Below, one piece after another: positions 19,983 to 29,689 of a stretch of 64,000 bases of DNA; the stretch's first letter is position 1, and each line of letters opens with the position of its first letter. Under the pieces are notes generated by a model, which did no database searches, was not told the origin of the DNA, and saw nothing but the letters and a program-made list of their open reading frames with translations. The DNA comes from an uncultured virus (IMG/VR IMGVR_UViG_3300027708_001828) (lineage: Duplodnaviria; Heunggongvirae; Uroviricota; Caudoviricetes). The translations under genes and the position numbers were made by a program. The stretch lies in IMG/VR virus record IMGVR_UViG_3300027708_001828. One strand, written 5' to 3'.

Positions 19983-20935
19983 GAAGGTATAGCTCTAGTT
20001 TGTCCGTTAATTGTAACTTTGATATATTTGACATCGTCAAAATTTACATTTTCTTTGCCTACTTCTTCTAACTCTAATTCTAGAGTCGATGAAATCTTAG
20101 CACCATAGTAAGCATACAGTTTTCCGCTATTGGAAATCTTAACTCTTACCTCTGGCATAGCACCCGGGGTAGTACGTGTCACCCAATTCATTGCAGTTGG
20201 TAGGAATTCCTCAGTCGGATTACCGTCAACTGTAGCTGTCTGAGCCATGCCCCATTCCCATGGATCGTCACCGGCTTTACCTAACCAATCAAACGCATAT
20301 ATAAAATCGCCATCTTGCAATGGTAACGGATTTTCTGGGGTTCCTCTAAATCTGTTAAACGCCGTCCAACCTGCTTTATAAGGATTATTATCATAGCTGT
20401 CAAATCTCAATGCTGGCTGTTTAAAATTACCTTGCTGAGTGATTAATATACCTGTTGATTTTGTATCAATTGTAAGAGGCACTGGGTAATCAAATCTACA
20501 TCCGCCCGACATCCACCAATCTTGCGATTTGTCTCGATCTTCAACAGCATTGTTATTGTTTACAATCTTTATACCTTTGGCAGATAAAACTCCTCTAGAG
20601 TCGATAGATACATACTCTTCTGTAAAGATTCCCTTAGTTGCTCCCAATATCAAACTAGCGTCTACGACGTCTTGACCATCAACAACATCTTGTGTTACAA
20701 TAGCACTTACAAATGCCGCATTAACATATGACGAATCGTTACCGCCTTTAGAGTATGCAGTAAATTTGAGCACACCGAGCTGATCCCCATTTTGGCAATT
20801 CTCAGGGGCATCAAGTGTTCCCCTTGAACTACCAATTTTAAGGCTAGGTTGGTTCTTTTTGAAGCCGCCGGTTATTCCACGAATGAATAGTGGAGTATCG
20901 AAGCCGTCTGTTTCAAGTATTTTCTCGTTGTTCAT
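19964..20935 (-). CDS. Putative virion/fibre-associated protein with two RGT..P...Q.GD repeats
   Basis: SRGTLDAPENCQNGD and FRGTPENPLPLQDGD; start ATG 20935 lies downstream of minus-strand TATAAATA (20955-20962). Confidence 0.55.
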   Translation of the reverse strand: MNNEKILETDGFDTPLFIRGITGGFKKNQPSLKIGSSRGTLDAPENCQNGDQLGVLKFTAYSKGGNDSSYVNAAFVSAIVTQDVVDGQDVVDASLILGATKGIFTEEYVSIDSRGVLSAKGIKIVNNNNAVEDRDKSQDWWMSGGCRFDYPVPLTIDTKSTGILITQQGNFKQPALRFDSYDNNPYKAGWTAFNRFRGTPENPLPLQDGDFIYAFDWLGKAGDDPWEWGMAQTATVDGNPTEEFLPTAMNWVTRTTPGAMPEVRVKISNSGKLYAYYGAKISSTLELELEEVGKENVNFDDVKYIKVTINGQTRAIPSYSISG

Positions 20936-20975
20936 AGTATAAGTAATGTAAGCATATTTATAGTGGAAATTAATA

Positions 20976-22544
20976 ATGAAAATTTTAATCATCGGTGGTG
21001 GAACAGCAGGATGGATGACTGCCGGATATTTGGCCAAATATCGGGGCGGTGAAAATATTACACTTGTAGAGTCAGCAACTATACCTAAAATTGGTGTTGG
21101 GGAAAGTGTAACTCCGCACGTTTGTAACTTTTTTAAAGAAATCGGAATTGACGAATTTGACTGGATGAAAGTTACAGGTGCTGTACACAAATATGCCAAT
21201 AAATTTGTCAATTGGCAGGGCACCGGTGATGAACAATATTTCAGTTTCAACTACACAGTACCTACCGAAAACTTTTATAAAGATATACCAGTGAACAAAA
21301 CGCAAGAAGATTTCACTAGAGTTGTTGATGCCCCTAGGAGCATTGACACAGTTAGCGAACTTTGCCAATCTAAAATTTTTAATAGATTTGACAAATATTT
21401 TAATCCACAGTTTCACTACATGGAACAAAATGTAATGCCCTATAAAGATGGTCAAGATTTGTTGAACCAGCCATTTAGCCATGCGCACCATATCAATGCA
21501 GAATTAGCAGGCCCTTACATTAAAGATAAAATAGCAATACCTGCAGGTGTAAAACACGTTGTCAACGATGTTGTTAAAGTAAATATTGAAGGTAATCGCA
21601 TAACATCAGTTTTGTTAGGTGATGGTACAGAATTAACCGCAGACTTGTACATAGACTGTTCTGGTTTTGCACGAGTACTTTCAAATGCGCTTGGGTGGAA
21701 ATTAGTAGAAAAAAATACACCAATTGACCGTGCATGGGTCTGTCAAACAGAGTATGTCGATCCAGAGACTGAGATGGTTAACTATACTCAAAGCATTGCT
21801 GAACCCTATGGCTGGCGATTTAAAATAGGTGTGTATCATCGTATGGGTAATGGCTATTGCTTTAGCAGTAAGCACACCACTGAAGAAGAAGCACTAGATC
21901 ACTTTATAAAACAAATTGGTCCGCAACGTAGACCACCTCGATTGATTAAATGGACTCCAACTAGATTAGAAAAATTCGGAGATGGTAACTGTGCGGCTAT
22001 CGGACTAAGTTGCGGATTCACTGAGCCGTTAGAAGCCAATGCACTCTACACTATTATTACAAGCATACGTAGGCTGAATAATGTACTAGATGAAAGTACG
22101 TTAGATTTCAGTACCTACAATGAAAAAATGGCGTATACTATTGACGACATATCAGATTTTATTCTAGTACACTATACATTGAGCAATAGATCAGATACTA
22201 AATTTTGGACTGACATGCAAGAATTAGGTAAAAAATTAAAACATCGAGAACTAGTTGTTAAAAAGATATACGAAGAAAAAAACACAATGAAATCAGCTGT
22301 TGAAGGCTACACAATGTTTCCGGACTATATGTGGGCACAATTAGCAGTATCATGGGGAATACCCTTTGACACGAAGTCAACAAGTGCTATAGAAAAAGAA
22401 TTGTCTAAACAATATTTTGAATACAGCGAACACAAGCACCGGCTAGTATCTTCAATATGCAAAAATAATTATCAATGGCATAAAGAAAATATCTTTAATA
22501 ACATGCCAAACACTGAATGGGAGAAACAATGGATTTCGAAATAA
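20976..22544 (+). CDS. Tryptophan halogenase family flavin-dependent enzyme
   Basis: GGGTAGW, IGVGES, conserved Lys (VHKYA), IDCSGF, GF.EPLEA. Confidence 0.9.
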   Translation: MKILIIGGGTAGWMTAGYLAKYRGGENITLVESATIPKIGVGESVTPHVCNFFKEIGIDEFDWMKVTGAVHKYANKFVNWQGTGDEQYFSFNYTVPTENFYKDIPVNKTQEDFTRVVDAPRSIDTVSELCQSKIFNRFDKYFNPQFHYMEQNVMPYKDGQDLLNQPFSHAHHINAELAGPYIKDKIAIPAGVKHVVNDVVKVNIEGNRITSVLLGDGTELTADLYIDCSGFARVLSNALGWKLVEKNTPIDRAWVCQTEYVDPETEMVNYTQSIAEPYGWRFKIGVYHRMGNGYCFSSKHTTEEEALDHFIKQIGPQRRPPRLIKWTPTRLEKFGDGNCAAIGLSCGFTEPLEANALYTIITSIRRLNNVLDESTLDFSTYNEKMAYTIDDISDFILVHYTLSNRSDTKFWTDMQELGKKLKHRELVVKKIYEEKNTMKSAVEGYTMFPDYMWAQLAVSWGIPFDTKSTSAIEKELSKQYFEYSEHKHRLVSSICKNNYQWHKENIFNNMPNTEWEKQWISK

Positions 22545-23137
22545 TCAAAGTCCGTAACAACTTATGTAAAATTAAGTTAACGACACCGTATAGTTACGCA
22601 CAGTTGTTAGCCGAATTTGAAAAAGAAGAATGGGTTAACCATGCTGACTATGAAGAACGTGCTGGTGATCCACACCTGTGCAGGTCGGCACTTCCTTATC
22701 CTAAAAGTATTATCTTACAGGAAATTGTAAACTACTTGTCGTCAGACGAAGTTAAAAGAAAGATCATAGACACTATGTATGAGCTATTTCCAGGAATACA
22801 AAATATGTGGGATGGTTGGTCGAACAATAAAATGTTTAATTCAACGCTTTGGGGAGGACAATTTCTCAAAGACGAACCTGGTTTTATAATTGAACCGCAT
22901 ATTGATACTAGACTACAAATATTAACATCACTAGTCTATTTTATAGAAGACAACGATCCTAAACAAGCAACTGTGTTTTACACAGACAAGAATCGTTCCG
23001 ATCCGTGGACAGCTGAAACAGGTGTTGGGGTGGGGACTTTGCATATTAACGATTATGATGTATGGCACGAAGGTTCTAACAGATCGGATAAAGATCGATA
23101 CCTCATGAGCTTAGGACTAATTGTAAATGTTAAATGA
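22529..23137 (+). CDS. 2OG-Fe(II) oxygenase
   Basis: IEPHID ... VWHEG...DRY. Confidence 0.7.
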   Translation: MDFEIIKVRNNLCKIKLTTPYSYAQLLAEFEKEEWVNHADYEERAGDPHLCRSALPYPKSIILQEIVNYLSSDEVKRKIIDTMYELFPGIQNMWDGWSNNKMFNSTLWGGQFLKDEPGFIIEPHIDTRLQILTSLVYFIEDNDPKQATVFYTDKNRSDPWTAETGVGVGTLHINDYDVWHEGSNRSDKDRYLMSLGLIVNVK

Positions 23138-23543
23138 ATGGATATCTAGAATTTCAACACCTAAGGAAGAACTAGGTGGAATGAGTGTGTGTCCTTATGC
23201 TAAAAGTGCAGAGTATGAATTAATCGAAACTGACGGTAGTGATATAAATCCCCCACCCTGGGACTTTGAACTTATTGTATATAAACTACCCGATAGTTAT
23301 TCTATAGAAGAGCTCAACGATATAGCAGTAGAATACAATAACTTATTTCCGGAGATGGTGTTTTTGCCCGATCATAAAGATAAAGCAACATTTATAAACG
23401 GCATTCCTACTAACAACGGTGTATATAATCTTATGCTATGTCAATGGCGTGATAATTTATCAAAGGCTCGAGAAAAATTATCTAATACTGCCTATTATAC
23501 CTACTGGGCAGAAGACTATTTGAAAGAAATATTAAACACATGA
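23127..23543 (+). CDS. Hypothetical protein (CPYAK motif, DUF1415-like)
   Basis: W...VCPYAK ... PDH ... LCQ. Confidence 0.5.
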   Translation: MLNEWISRISTPKEELGGMSVCPYAKSAEYELIETDGSDINPPPWDFELIVYKLPDSYSIEELNDIAVEYNNLFPEMVFLPDHKDKATFINGIPTNNGVYNLMLCQWRDNLSKAREKLSNTAYYTYWAEDYLKEILNT

Positions 23544-24544
23544 TCTGGACTGAATGGGATCCTTTAGAGTCAATTATTGTCGGTGACTGTTTTACCGATA
23601 GCGACCATCCTGGATTAAAAACGATCTTAAAAGAAACTAAAGAAGATCTAAATACTCTAGCAAATTACTTAACTAGTTTAGGTATAAAAGTCTATCGACC
23701 TAACGTTGCGCATAACTCTGCAATGGCTCCTATTGTTCCAAGAGATCAATACCTAGTGTATGGCGAAACAATATATCAAACATACACATCAATGCCTGAT
23801 AGATTCAATGATAGTTTAAACTACTTAGGCATATTTAGAGAGCTATTTCAACAAGGTCATAACTGGATCAGTCAACCGCCGCCTGTGCTTGCACCTTTAA
23901 ACTCTACAGACAAGTGGTGGAATGATGGTAAGCACATCTATCACGATCTAAACAAAGATAAAATACTGTGGCATACTGCCACCATGTTTAAATGTGGAGA
24001 TGCATTAATAACTAACAAACAAGGTCCAGGAACGCTACTTGGACTAGAATGGATGAAGCGTAACTTGCCCGGTACACGTATTATTGAAAACAATAAGTGG
24101 GGCCACATTGATCACGGGTTTTTTATGATTGACGATGATACTGTTATTTGTATCAACCAGTCTTGGGTTCCCGAAGTGTTACAATCTAAAACACTTATTG
24201 AAATTGAAGAATATATTGAAGTTTTAGATTATAGTAAAATTGTAGAATCTTTTTCTACTACCAGTGGTACACTAAGTCAAGAGTGGATAGACAAATGGCT
24301 CAACGAGTGGAAGGGGTATGTGCAAGATGTTGCGTTTGACAGTAATGTGCTGGTAATAGATTCTAAGAATATCTTGTTCTCTAGTGAACAACCTAAGCTG
24401 TTTAATTTTTTAAAACAAAAAGGTATTACATGCCACGTAGTAAACATGCGTCATAGCATGTTTTGGGAAGGCGGAATACATTGCCTAACACTAGATGTTA
24501 GTCGACGTGGAGAGAAGCGGCGAGTCGTTCCTGTAACTTTGTAA
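23540..24544 (+). CDS. Amidinotransferase (glycine/inosamine-phosphate amidinotransferase family)
   Basis: EWDPLE..IVG, PRD, HID, GGIHCLTLD with the catalytic Cys. Confidence 0.85.
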   Translation: MIWTEWDPLESIIVGDCFTDSDHPGLKTILKETKEDLNTLANYLTSLGIKVYRPNVAHNSAMAPIVPRDQYLVYGETIYQTYTSMPDRFNDSLNYLGIFRELFQQGHNWISQPPPVLAPLNSTDKWWNDGKHIYHDLNKDKILWHTATMFKCGDALITNKQGPGTLLGLEWMKRNLPGTRIIENNKWGHIDHGFFMIDDDTVICINQSWVPEVLQSKTLIEIEEYIEVLDYSKIVESFSTTSGTLSQEWIDKWLNEWKGYVQDVAFDSNVLVIDSKNILFSSEQPKLFNFLKQKGITCHVVNMRHSMFWEGGIHCLTLDVSRRGEKRRVVPVTL

Positions 24545-25652
24545 AATATTCTGTATCAGCAATCAAAGGCAGTACTAACATAAGGTTATCCTGCCCATTA
24601 TTCCATACTCCTATATGCAAACCGTTGTCATAGAATGTTTGTTCAGGAGTTGACTTAATATCTATATCAAACATTAATCCGTAGTTTCTAAAAGTTAACC
24701 CCATACTAGTAAAAAGTCTGGTCGCAGTATCGACAGTTGCAGTGTATTGATTTAATAAATCTTCTGTTTCTAATATTTCTAAATATTTTAAAGTTGAATA
24801 AATTCCACTTAATGAAAATGTATAGGTGAACCCGTGTCCCAAAAACTCATGCTTTACTACTTCGTTAACACGATCGCTTACTAGCGTAGCACTTAAAGGA
24901 AAGTATCCCCCAGTCAATGCCTTGCCCATGGTAAAAATATCAGGATCCAACTCAGTATCGAATCCAACAAACTTACCTGTCTTGCCACCACACATGGCAA
25001 TATCATCTAAAATAAAAATCACATCGTGATCTCTGCATGTTTGTCTAAGTTCTCGCCAAAAATCTTTAGTATACTGTTTAAGACCCTTATTCCACGAGCA
25101 TGTTTCCATAACTAGGCAACAGGCTGTTTTAGTTTTAACAGCGTCTATTAATTCTTCTTGATTCAAAGCAATACAATTTTCAACAGGATGTTTGGTCATA
25201 TACTCTAATTGGCCGATGCCGGATGTTAGGTAAGTACTTCCGTGGTAAGAATTTTTAACACCGAGTATAGTGTGCCTAGGGTTACCTTTAGCTTCGTGAT
25301 ATATTTTGGCTAATTTAATTGCACCCTCGACTGCGTCACTTCCACTTAGGGCAAATATACTTCTATAACCACCAGTGATATCATATAGTTTATTTGTTAG
25401 ATCTATAACTGCCTGATTAGTGGTCATGTATTCGCCGCCAGCGAATGGATTGTCTAACATTTTATCAGCAACATAGTGTATAATGTCTTTACGATCAAAT
25501 CCTAGTAAAAAACAGCCGCAGGATCCTAGACTTAAATCTATTAAATCTTTGCCGTTTTCTACAAATCCAAATCTTGTATAATTATCAATCTTTCTTGCGT
25601 TAGAATGATCGTAGTTGTAGTTAAAAGGGAACAAGAGCTTTAAATTTTTCAT
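24498..25652 (-). CDS. Class III PLP aminotransferase
   Basis: SGSDAVEGAIK, SYHGST, ILDDI..GGKTG, PDIFTMGKALTGGY. Confidence 0.9.
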   Translation of the reverse strand: MKNLKLLFPFNYNYDHSNARKIDNYTRFGFVENGKDLIDLSLGSCGCFLLGFDRKDIIHYVADKMLDNPFAGGEYMTTNQAVIDLTNKLYDITGGYRSIFALSGSDAVEGAIKLAKIYHEAKGNPRHTILGVKNSYHGSTYLTSGIGQLEYMTKHPVENCIALNQEELIDAVKTKTACCLVMETCSWNKGLKQYTKDFWRELRQTCRDHDVIFILDDIAMCGGKTGKFVGFDTELDPDIFTMGKALTGGYFPLSATLVSDRVNEVVKHEFLGHGFTYTFSLSGIYSTLKYLEILETEDLLNQYTATVDTATRLFTSMGLTFRNYGLMFDIDIKSTPEQTFYDNGLHIGVWNNGQDNLMLVLPLIADTEYFTKLQERLAASLHVD

Positions 25653-25656
25653 ACAG

Positions 25657-25674
25657 TATTTAACAAGGTAAATA
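25657..25674. promoter_or_regulatory. Back-to-back TAAATA late-promoter-like motifs
   Basis: Minus TAAATA at 25657-25662 is 4 nt from ATG 25652. Plus TAAATA at 25669-25674 is 7 nt from ATG 25682. Confidence 0.6.
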
Positions 25675-25681
25675 TGGTGTC

Positions 25682-27598
25682 ATGAAAAATGTCTATCTTA
25701 TACAAACTGAAATTACTTCCGGACCCTCTAATGAGCACTACCTACCATTCAGTGTAGGATGTATTTGGGCCTATGCAAACCAATTTGATTATGTGAAAAA
25801 TAACTATAAATTGCAAGATGTTATTTGGCGGAGAGATAGACAAAAAAATGTAATTGAAAAGATCATCGACCCTAGTATCATTGGATTTAGTTGCTACGTA
25901 TGGAATCATAAATGGAATCTAACCTTAGCTAAGAAATTAAAAGAACGTTTTCCAAACTGTCTAATAGTGTTTGGTGGTCCTAGTGTTAATGAAGAATGGC
26001 TCAAATACGATTTTATCGATGTTGCAATGTTTGGCGAGGGAGAAGTTGCATGGGCTAATCTTTTAAAGATGAATCTTAATAACGAGACTATTCCGAGATA
26101 TTGGAATAACCCGAGACAAACAGATATTGAAAATTATCCTAGCCCTTACACTACAGGGTTCTTTGATAAAATTATTGCAGACAATCCAGATATTAGTTGG
26201 TTTATGATGCTAGAAACTAACAGAGGATGTCCTTATCACTGTACGTTTTGCGGCTGGGGAGCCGACTATCTTAACAAACTAAAAAACTTTAACCTACATA
26301 GGGTTGAGGAAGAAATCAAATGGGCTATAACACATAACATACATTGGATGTTTGTGATCGATGCTAACTCAGGTATAATGAAAGAACGTGATGTCGAAGT
26401 AGCGTGGATGATCCGCAGAGCTATAGAAGCACCCAACAGCAAAATTAGACGTGTAACCTTTAACCATGCTAAAAATTTAAATGAGCATTGTTTTGAAATG
26501 GAAAAGATTATTCAAGCATGGACTTACGGTTTAGAAATGGCTATACAAAGCATGCACCAGCCCACACTAGATGCTGTGAAAAGAATTAACATGGGTATGA
26601 ACAATTTAGAACGTGCTTATGCCTTATGCCGTAAACACGGTATTAGATACTACACAGAGATGGTTTTAGGTTTACCTTTAGAAACCAAGGACACTTATAT
26701 TAATGGCCTAATGAGATTAATGGAATTAGGACAACACGACAGCGTTAAAACTTATCCTGCTACTGTTATTCCTAATAGTGAAATGGACAGTGAAGAGTAT
26801 AGAAACAAATACGGAATTAAGTTGATATATCCTAAAGATATGTATCGTAGTCCCGAAGAACGCATATGGGACGACGAAGATAGTAGTCATGAAAATATTG
26901 CCATGGTGTCGAGCACAAATACTGCTACCAGCCAAGATATTGCAGATTCATTAGCGTACAGTTGGATGATGAGTCAATTTCATTATTTAGGAATAACACA
27001 ACTTACTTCACGGTACTTGTATGAAATGCATAATGTTCCATACCGTCAATATTATGATGCATTATACAACGCAATTAAGAACGACATTATAGGCGGTCCT
27101 ATACTAAATGATGTAGAAGAAATATTTGTAAATTATTTCACTTACGGTGAAATGCCTGTAGGTGAAAAATGGAAGAACGTAGTTGCATTGACTATGCCCG
27201 AAAGTTACGGTATGGACGATATATTTGAAAACAAGAATCATTTTATAGACCTCGGAGTTACCGTTGGAAACTTATTTCATACTATAGATCCAAGTGTCAT
27301 AGAATTACAGTATGCTTTTATGTTGGATGAAAGCAAATCATATCCATTCATTCTAGAATCAGATATAGATATTGATAGATGGGAACGTTTATCATGCTCA
27401 TATTCGGTTAATAGGCGTTACATGGTTAGTCACATGCATGACCAAATGTATCAAAAATATTTGCTTAAAACTGATATTGCAAATATTAATAATCCTTATG
27501 TTGAAACCGACATAGAAGATTCATATAAAGGCAATAAGATCTCAGTCATTCCTATTTTACCTATACCTACAACTACCGCTAGTGGGAGAGTTATGTAA
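25682..27598 (+). CDS. Cobalamin (B12)-binding radical SAM protein
   Basis: N-terminal B12 domain (GFSCYVWN..FGGP..GEGE); ETNRGCPYHCTFC; GLPLET. Confidence 0.9.
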   Translation: MKNVYLIQTEITSGPSNEHYLPFSVGCIWAYANQFDYVKNNYKLQDVIWRRDRQKNVIEKIIDPSIIGFSCYVWNHKWNLTLAKKLKERFPNCLIVFGGPSVNEEWLKYDFIDVAMFGEGEVAWANLLKMNLNNETIPRYWNNPRQTDIENYPSPYTTGFFDKIIADNPDISWFMMLETNRGCPYHCTFCGWGADYLNKLKNFNLHRVEEEIKWAITHNIHWMFVIDANSGIMKERDVEVAWMIRRAIEAPNSKIRRVTFNHAKNLNEHCFEMEKIIQAWTYGLEMAIQSMHQPTLDAVKRINMGMNNLERAYALCRKHGIRYYTEMVLGLPLETKDTYINGLMRLMELGQHDSVKTYPATVIPNSEMDSEEYRNKYGIKLIYPKDMYRSPEERIWDDEDSSHENIAMVSSTNTATSQDIADSLAYSWMMSQFHYLGITQLTSRYLYEMHNVPYRQYYDALYNAIKNDIIGGPILNDVEEIFVNYFTYGEMPVGEKWKNVVALTMPESYGMDDIFENKNHFIDLGVTVGNLFHTIDPSVIELQYAFMLDESKSYPFILESDIDIDRWERLSCSYSVNRRYMVSHMHDQMYQKYLLKTDIANINNPYVETDIEDSYKGNKISVIPILPIPTTTASGRVM

Positions 27599-28758
27599 TG
27601 TTAATGGGCTTTAATCAAACTAACATAGACCGATTACTAGCAAGTATAAATGGTACAGTTTTAGATCCAACAGTAAGCCTATGCCATCATTGCCATAGAC
27701 ATATACCAGCATGGCGCTACCATAAAGATAATCAGGTGTTTATAGCCAAGTCATGTCCCATACATGGTATTAGCCATCATATGATCGAATCTGACTATGA
27801 GTTTTATGCTAATCTATATTACACCCAGGATAATCCAGATTTTAATTTTAATGGCGGAGTACTTATCGAAGGTAGTGACCGCTGTAATTTAGAATGCCCA
27901 CATTGTTACCATTTACCAGAAAACGATGCCCGCGACCCTTCTATAGAAGAATTGCTCGATCAAATACGAGATATGCCGGTAGGCGAGGATGGAGTACATA
28001 GAATCATCCTCGCCGGTGCTGAAAGTACCTTACGCAAAGACTTTCCAGAATTGATAACAGCTATCCGTGAGTTAGATCCCGAAATGGATGTTAGTGTAAT
28101 GACTAATGGCATACGTTTCAATGACAGCGATTTTATTCATAAATGTGTTGAAGCTGGACTTGCAGGTGTTAACATTGGGCTTAATCATCCAAGTTACATC
28201 GATCACGAAACTGTAAGACGTAAACAAGTTAGTGCTATTGAAAACATGCACCGTGAAGATATCAAGATAGGTTACATTAGTTATACTATGGTAGACTTCA
28301 GTGAGCTTGATTACATACTAACTGAGATTACTAGTAATCCTTGGACTCCTAAAAATTTCCGCATACGTAATGGTGCAGAAATAGGACGTAATGCCAGCAC
28401 CGAACAACCGTTTGTTAGCAACTTATACAAACGTGCGGAGCAATGGTGCAAGGATCATAGTAAACAGTTTGAACGAATCATAGAAGCAGACAATAATATC
28501 TATCATGTTATGGTTAAGATTGAAGATAAAATTGTGCGATTAATCAGCTGGTGCGATGAAACCAATATTGATATGGAAGAATTGCGTAGCGGACCTTGGT
28601 GTAACTTTGTACCCGACGGTATTACAAACTTCTTACATCAGATTATACGCAGAGATGTGTTTAAAAATAAAGGACTAGCCTTACCGGATAGCCCTCCTAG
28701 TCGATATAAATTTAATCGCACACCCGATAAGTCAAAACTTAATTTGCTAAATCTATAA
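27598..28758 (+). CDS. Radical SAM protein with N-terminal CxxC...CxxH metal site (Tes/MJ0619-like)
   Basis: TVSLCHHC...KSCPIHG; CNLECPHC; MTNG. Confidence 0.8.
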   Translation: MLMGFNQTNIDRLLASINGTVLDPTVSLCHHCHRHIPAWRYHKDNQVFIAKSCPIHGISHHMIESDYEFYANLYYTQDNPDFNFNGGVLIEGSDRCNLECPHCYHLPENDARDPSIEELLDQIRDMPVGEDGVHRIILAGAESTLRKDFPELITAIRELDPEMDVSVMTNGIRFNDSDFIHKCVEAGLAGVNIGLNHPSYIDHETVRRKQVSAIENMHREDIKIGYISYTMVDFSELDYILTEITSNPWTPKNFRIRNGAEIGRNASTEQPFVSNLYKRAEQWCKDHSKQFERIIEADNNIYHVMVKIEDKIVRLISWCDETNIDMEELRSGPWCNFVPDGITNFLHQIIRRDVFKNKGLALPDSPPSRYKFNRTPDKSKLNLLNL

Positions 28759-29095
28759 AGCCATTTGACCTATCAAGGAATTTAGTTTTAATATTTAAAA
28801 TATTAAACTTATTCAAAACTTTAACAACATCTGGTACATTAAATTTTTTACAACTATAAACATCTAGTTGTATTAGACCAGTATCCCAAGTGTGCATGAC
28901 AATATGACTAGTAGTTATAGCCATGAGTGCTGTGTATCCTTCGTTATCTAAAACTTCTGATCTATAGACATATGGCCCTCCTAGTATTTCCATGTCAATA
29001 GTTGATACAATATCTAGTAGAATGTTTTTAACATCTAATTCAGACAATTGTGTTTCAGCAGTACCTTGTATTAATAGGTGCAAATGATCTAACAC
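28739..29095 (-). CDS. speD: S-adenosylmethionine decarboxylase proenzyme
   Basis: HLHLLI; TSHIVMHTW pyruvoyl cleavage site; LDVYSCK. Confidence 0.85.
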   Translation of the reverse strand: MLDHLHLLIQGTAETQLSELDVKNILLDIVSTIDMEILGGPYVYRSEVLDNEGYTALMAITTSHIVMHTWDTGLIQLDVYSCKKFNVPDVVKVLNKFNILNIKTKFLDRSNGFIDLAN

Positions 29096-29689
29096 TTAAG
29101 GCTTCCTTCCTATGATCATGTAACGTGTGTACAGGGGTAATTTCATTTCGCCGCCCCAAAGAAAATGTAATCCACAAGTTTCCTTAAATTCATCAAATGA
29201 TTTATGCCACCGCACATGCTCGGGGATATTATAATCATTACTTTGGATAATAATCAAACTACCGTTAGGCATTCTATCCAACCATTTATCGTATTGTGCT
29301 TGTGTTAAGTGTTCACAGCTAGTATTAATAATAATATCTGCAACAGAAATTACATCGCACATATCTGCCGTATACGCTTTGAACCGACCTTCAATTTCTT
29401 CACCCTTGTTCATTAGCGTAGCAATAGGTTCGCAGGTTGGATCAATGTCAATACTGCGAATAGTAGTAATGGGAATGTTGCTCTGAAATAACATGCTGGC
29501 AAGTGTACCAACCCAGCCGCCGAAGATGTCTATGCTAGATGCAAAATGCACATGCTCATCTAGACAATCAATCAACCATTCTTTGCTTTTTAATTGCCCC
29601 GACCAAAAGGCATCCATAGTACGCATAGGGTCCGGGCTTTGACGGATGGCCTGCATCCAATGGTGTAAATGGTTTGTATCTATCTGCAT
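29096..29689 (-). CDS. Class I SAM-dependent methyltransferase-like protein
   Basis: IFGGWVG, SIDID, ADM, INTSCEH. Confidence 0.7.
   Translation of the reverse strand: MQIDTNHLHHWMQAIRQSPDPMRTMDAFWSGQLKSKEWLIDCLDEHVHFASSIDIFGGWVGTLASMLFQSNIPITTIRSIDIDPTCEPIATLMNKGEEIEGRFKAYTADMCDVISVADIIINTSCEHLTQAQYDKWLDRMPNGSLIIIQSNDYNIPEHVRWHKSFDEFKETCGLHFLWGGEMKLPLYTRYMIIGRKP

Noticed and set aside
2988..21250. Long N-terminal extensions in the ORF track (to 3125, 10957, 12086, 17887, 21250)
   Set aside because: They overlap neighbouring genes. Downstream ATGs fit translational coupling, paralog N-termini or TAAATA spacing better.
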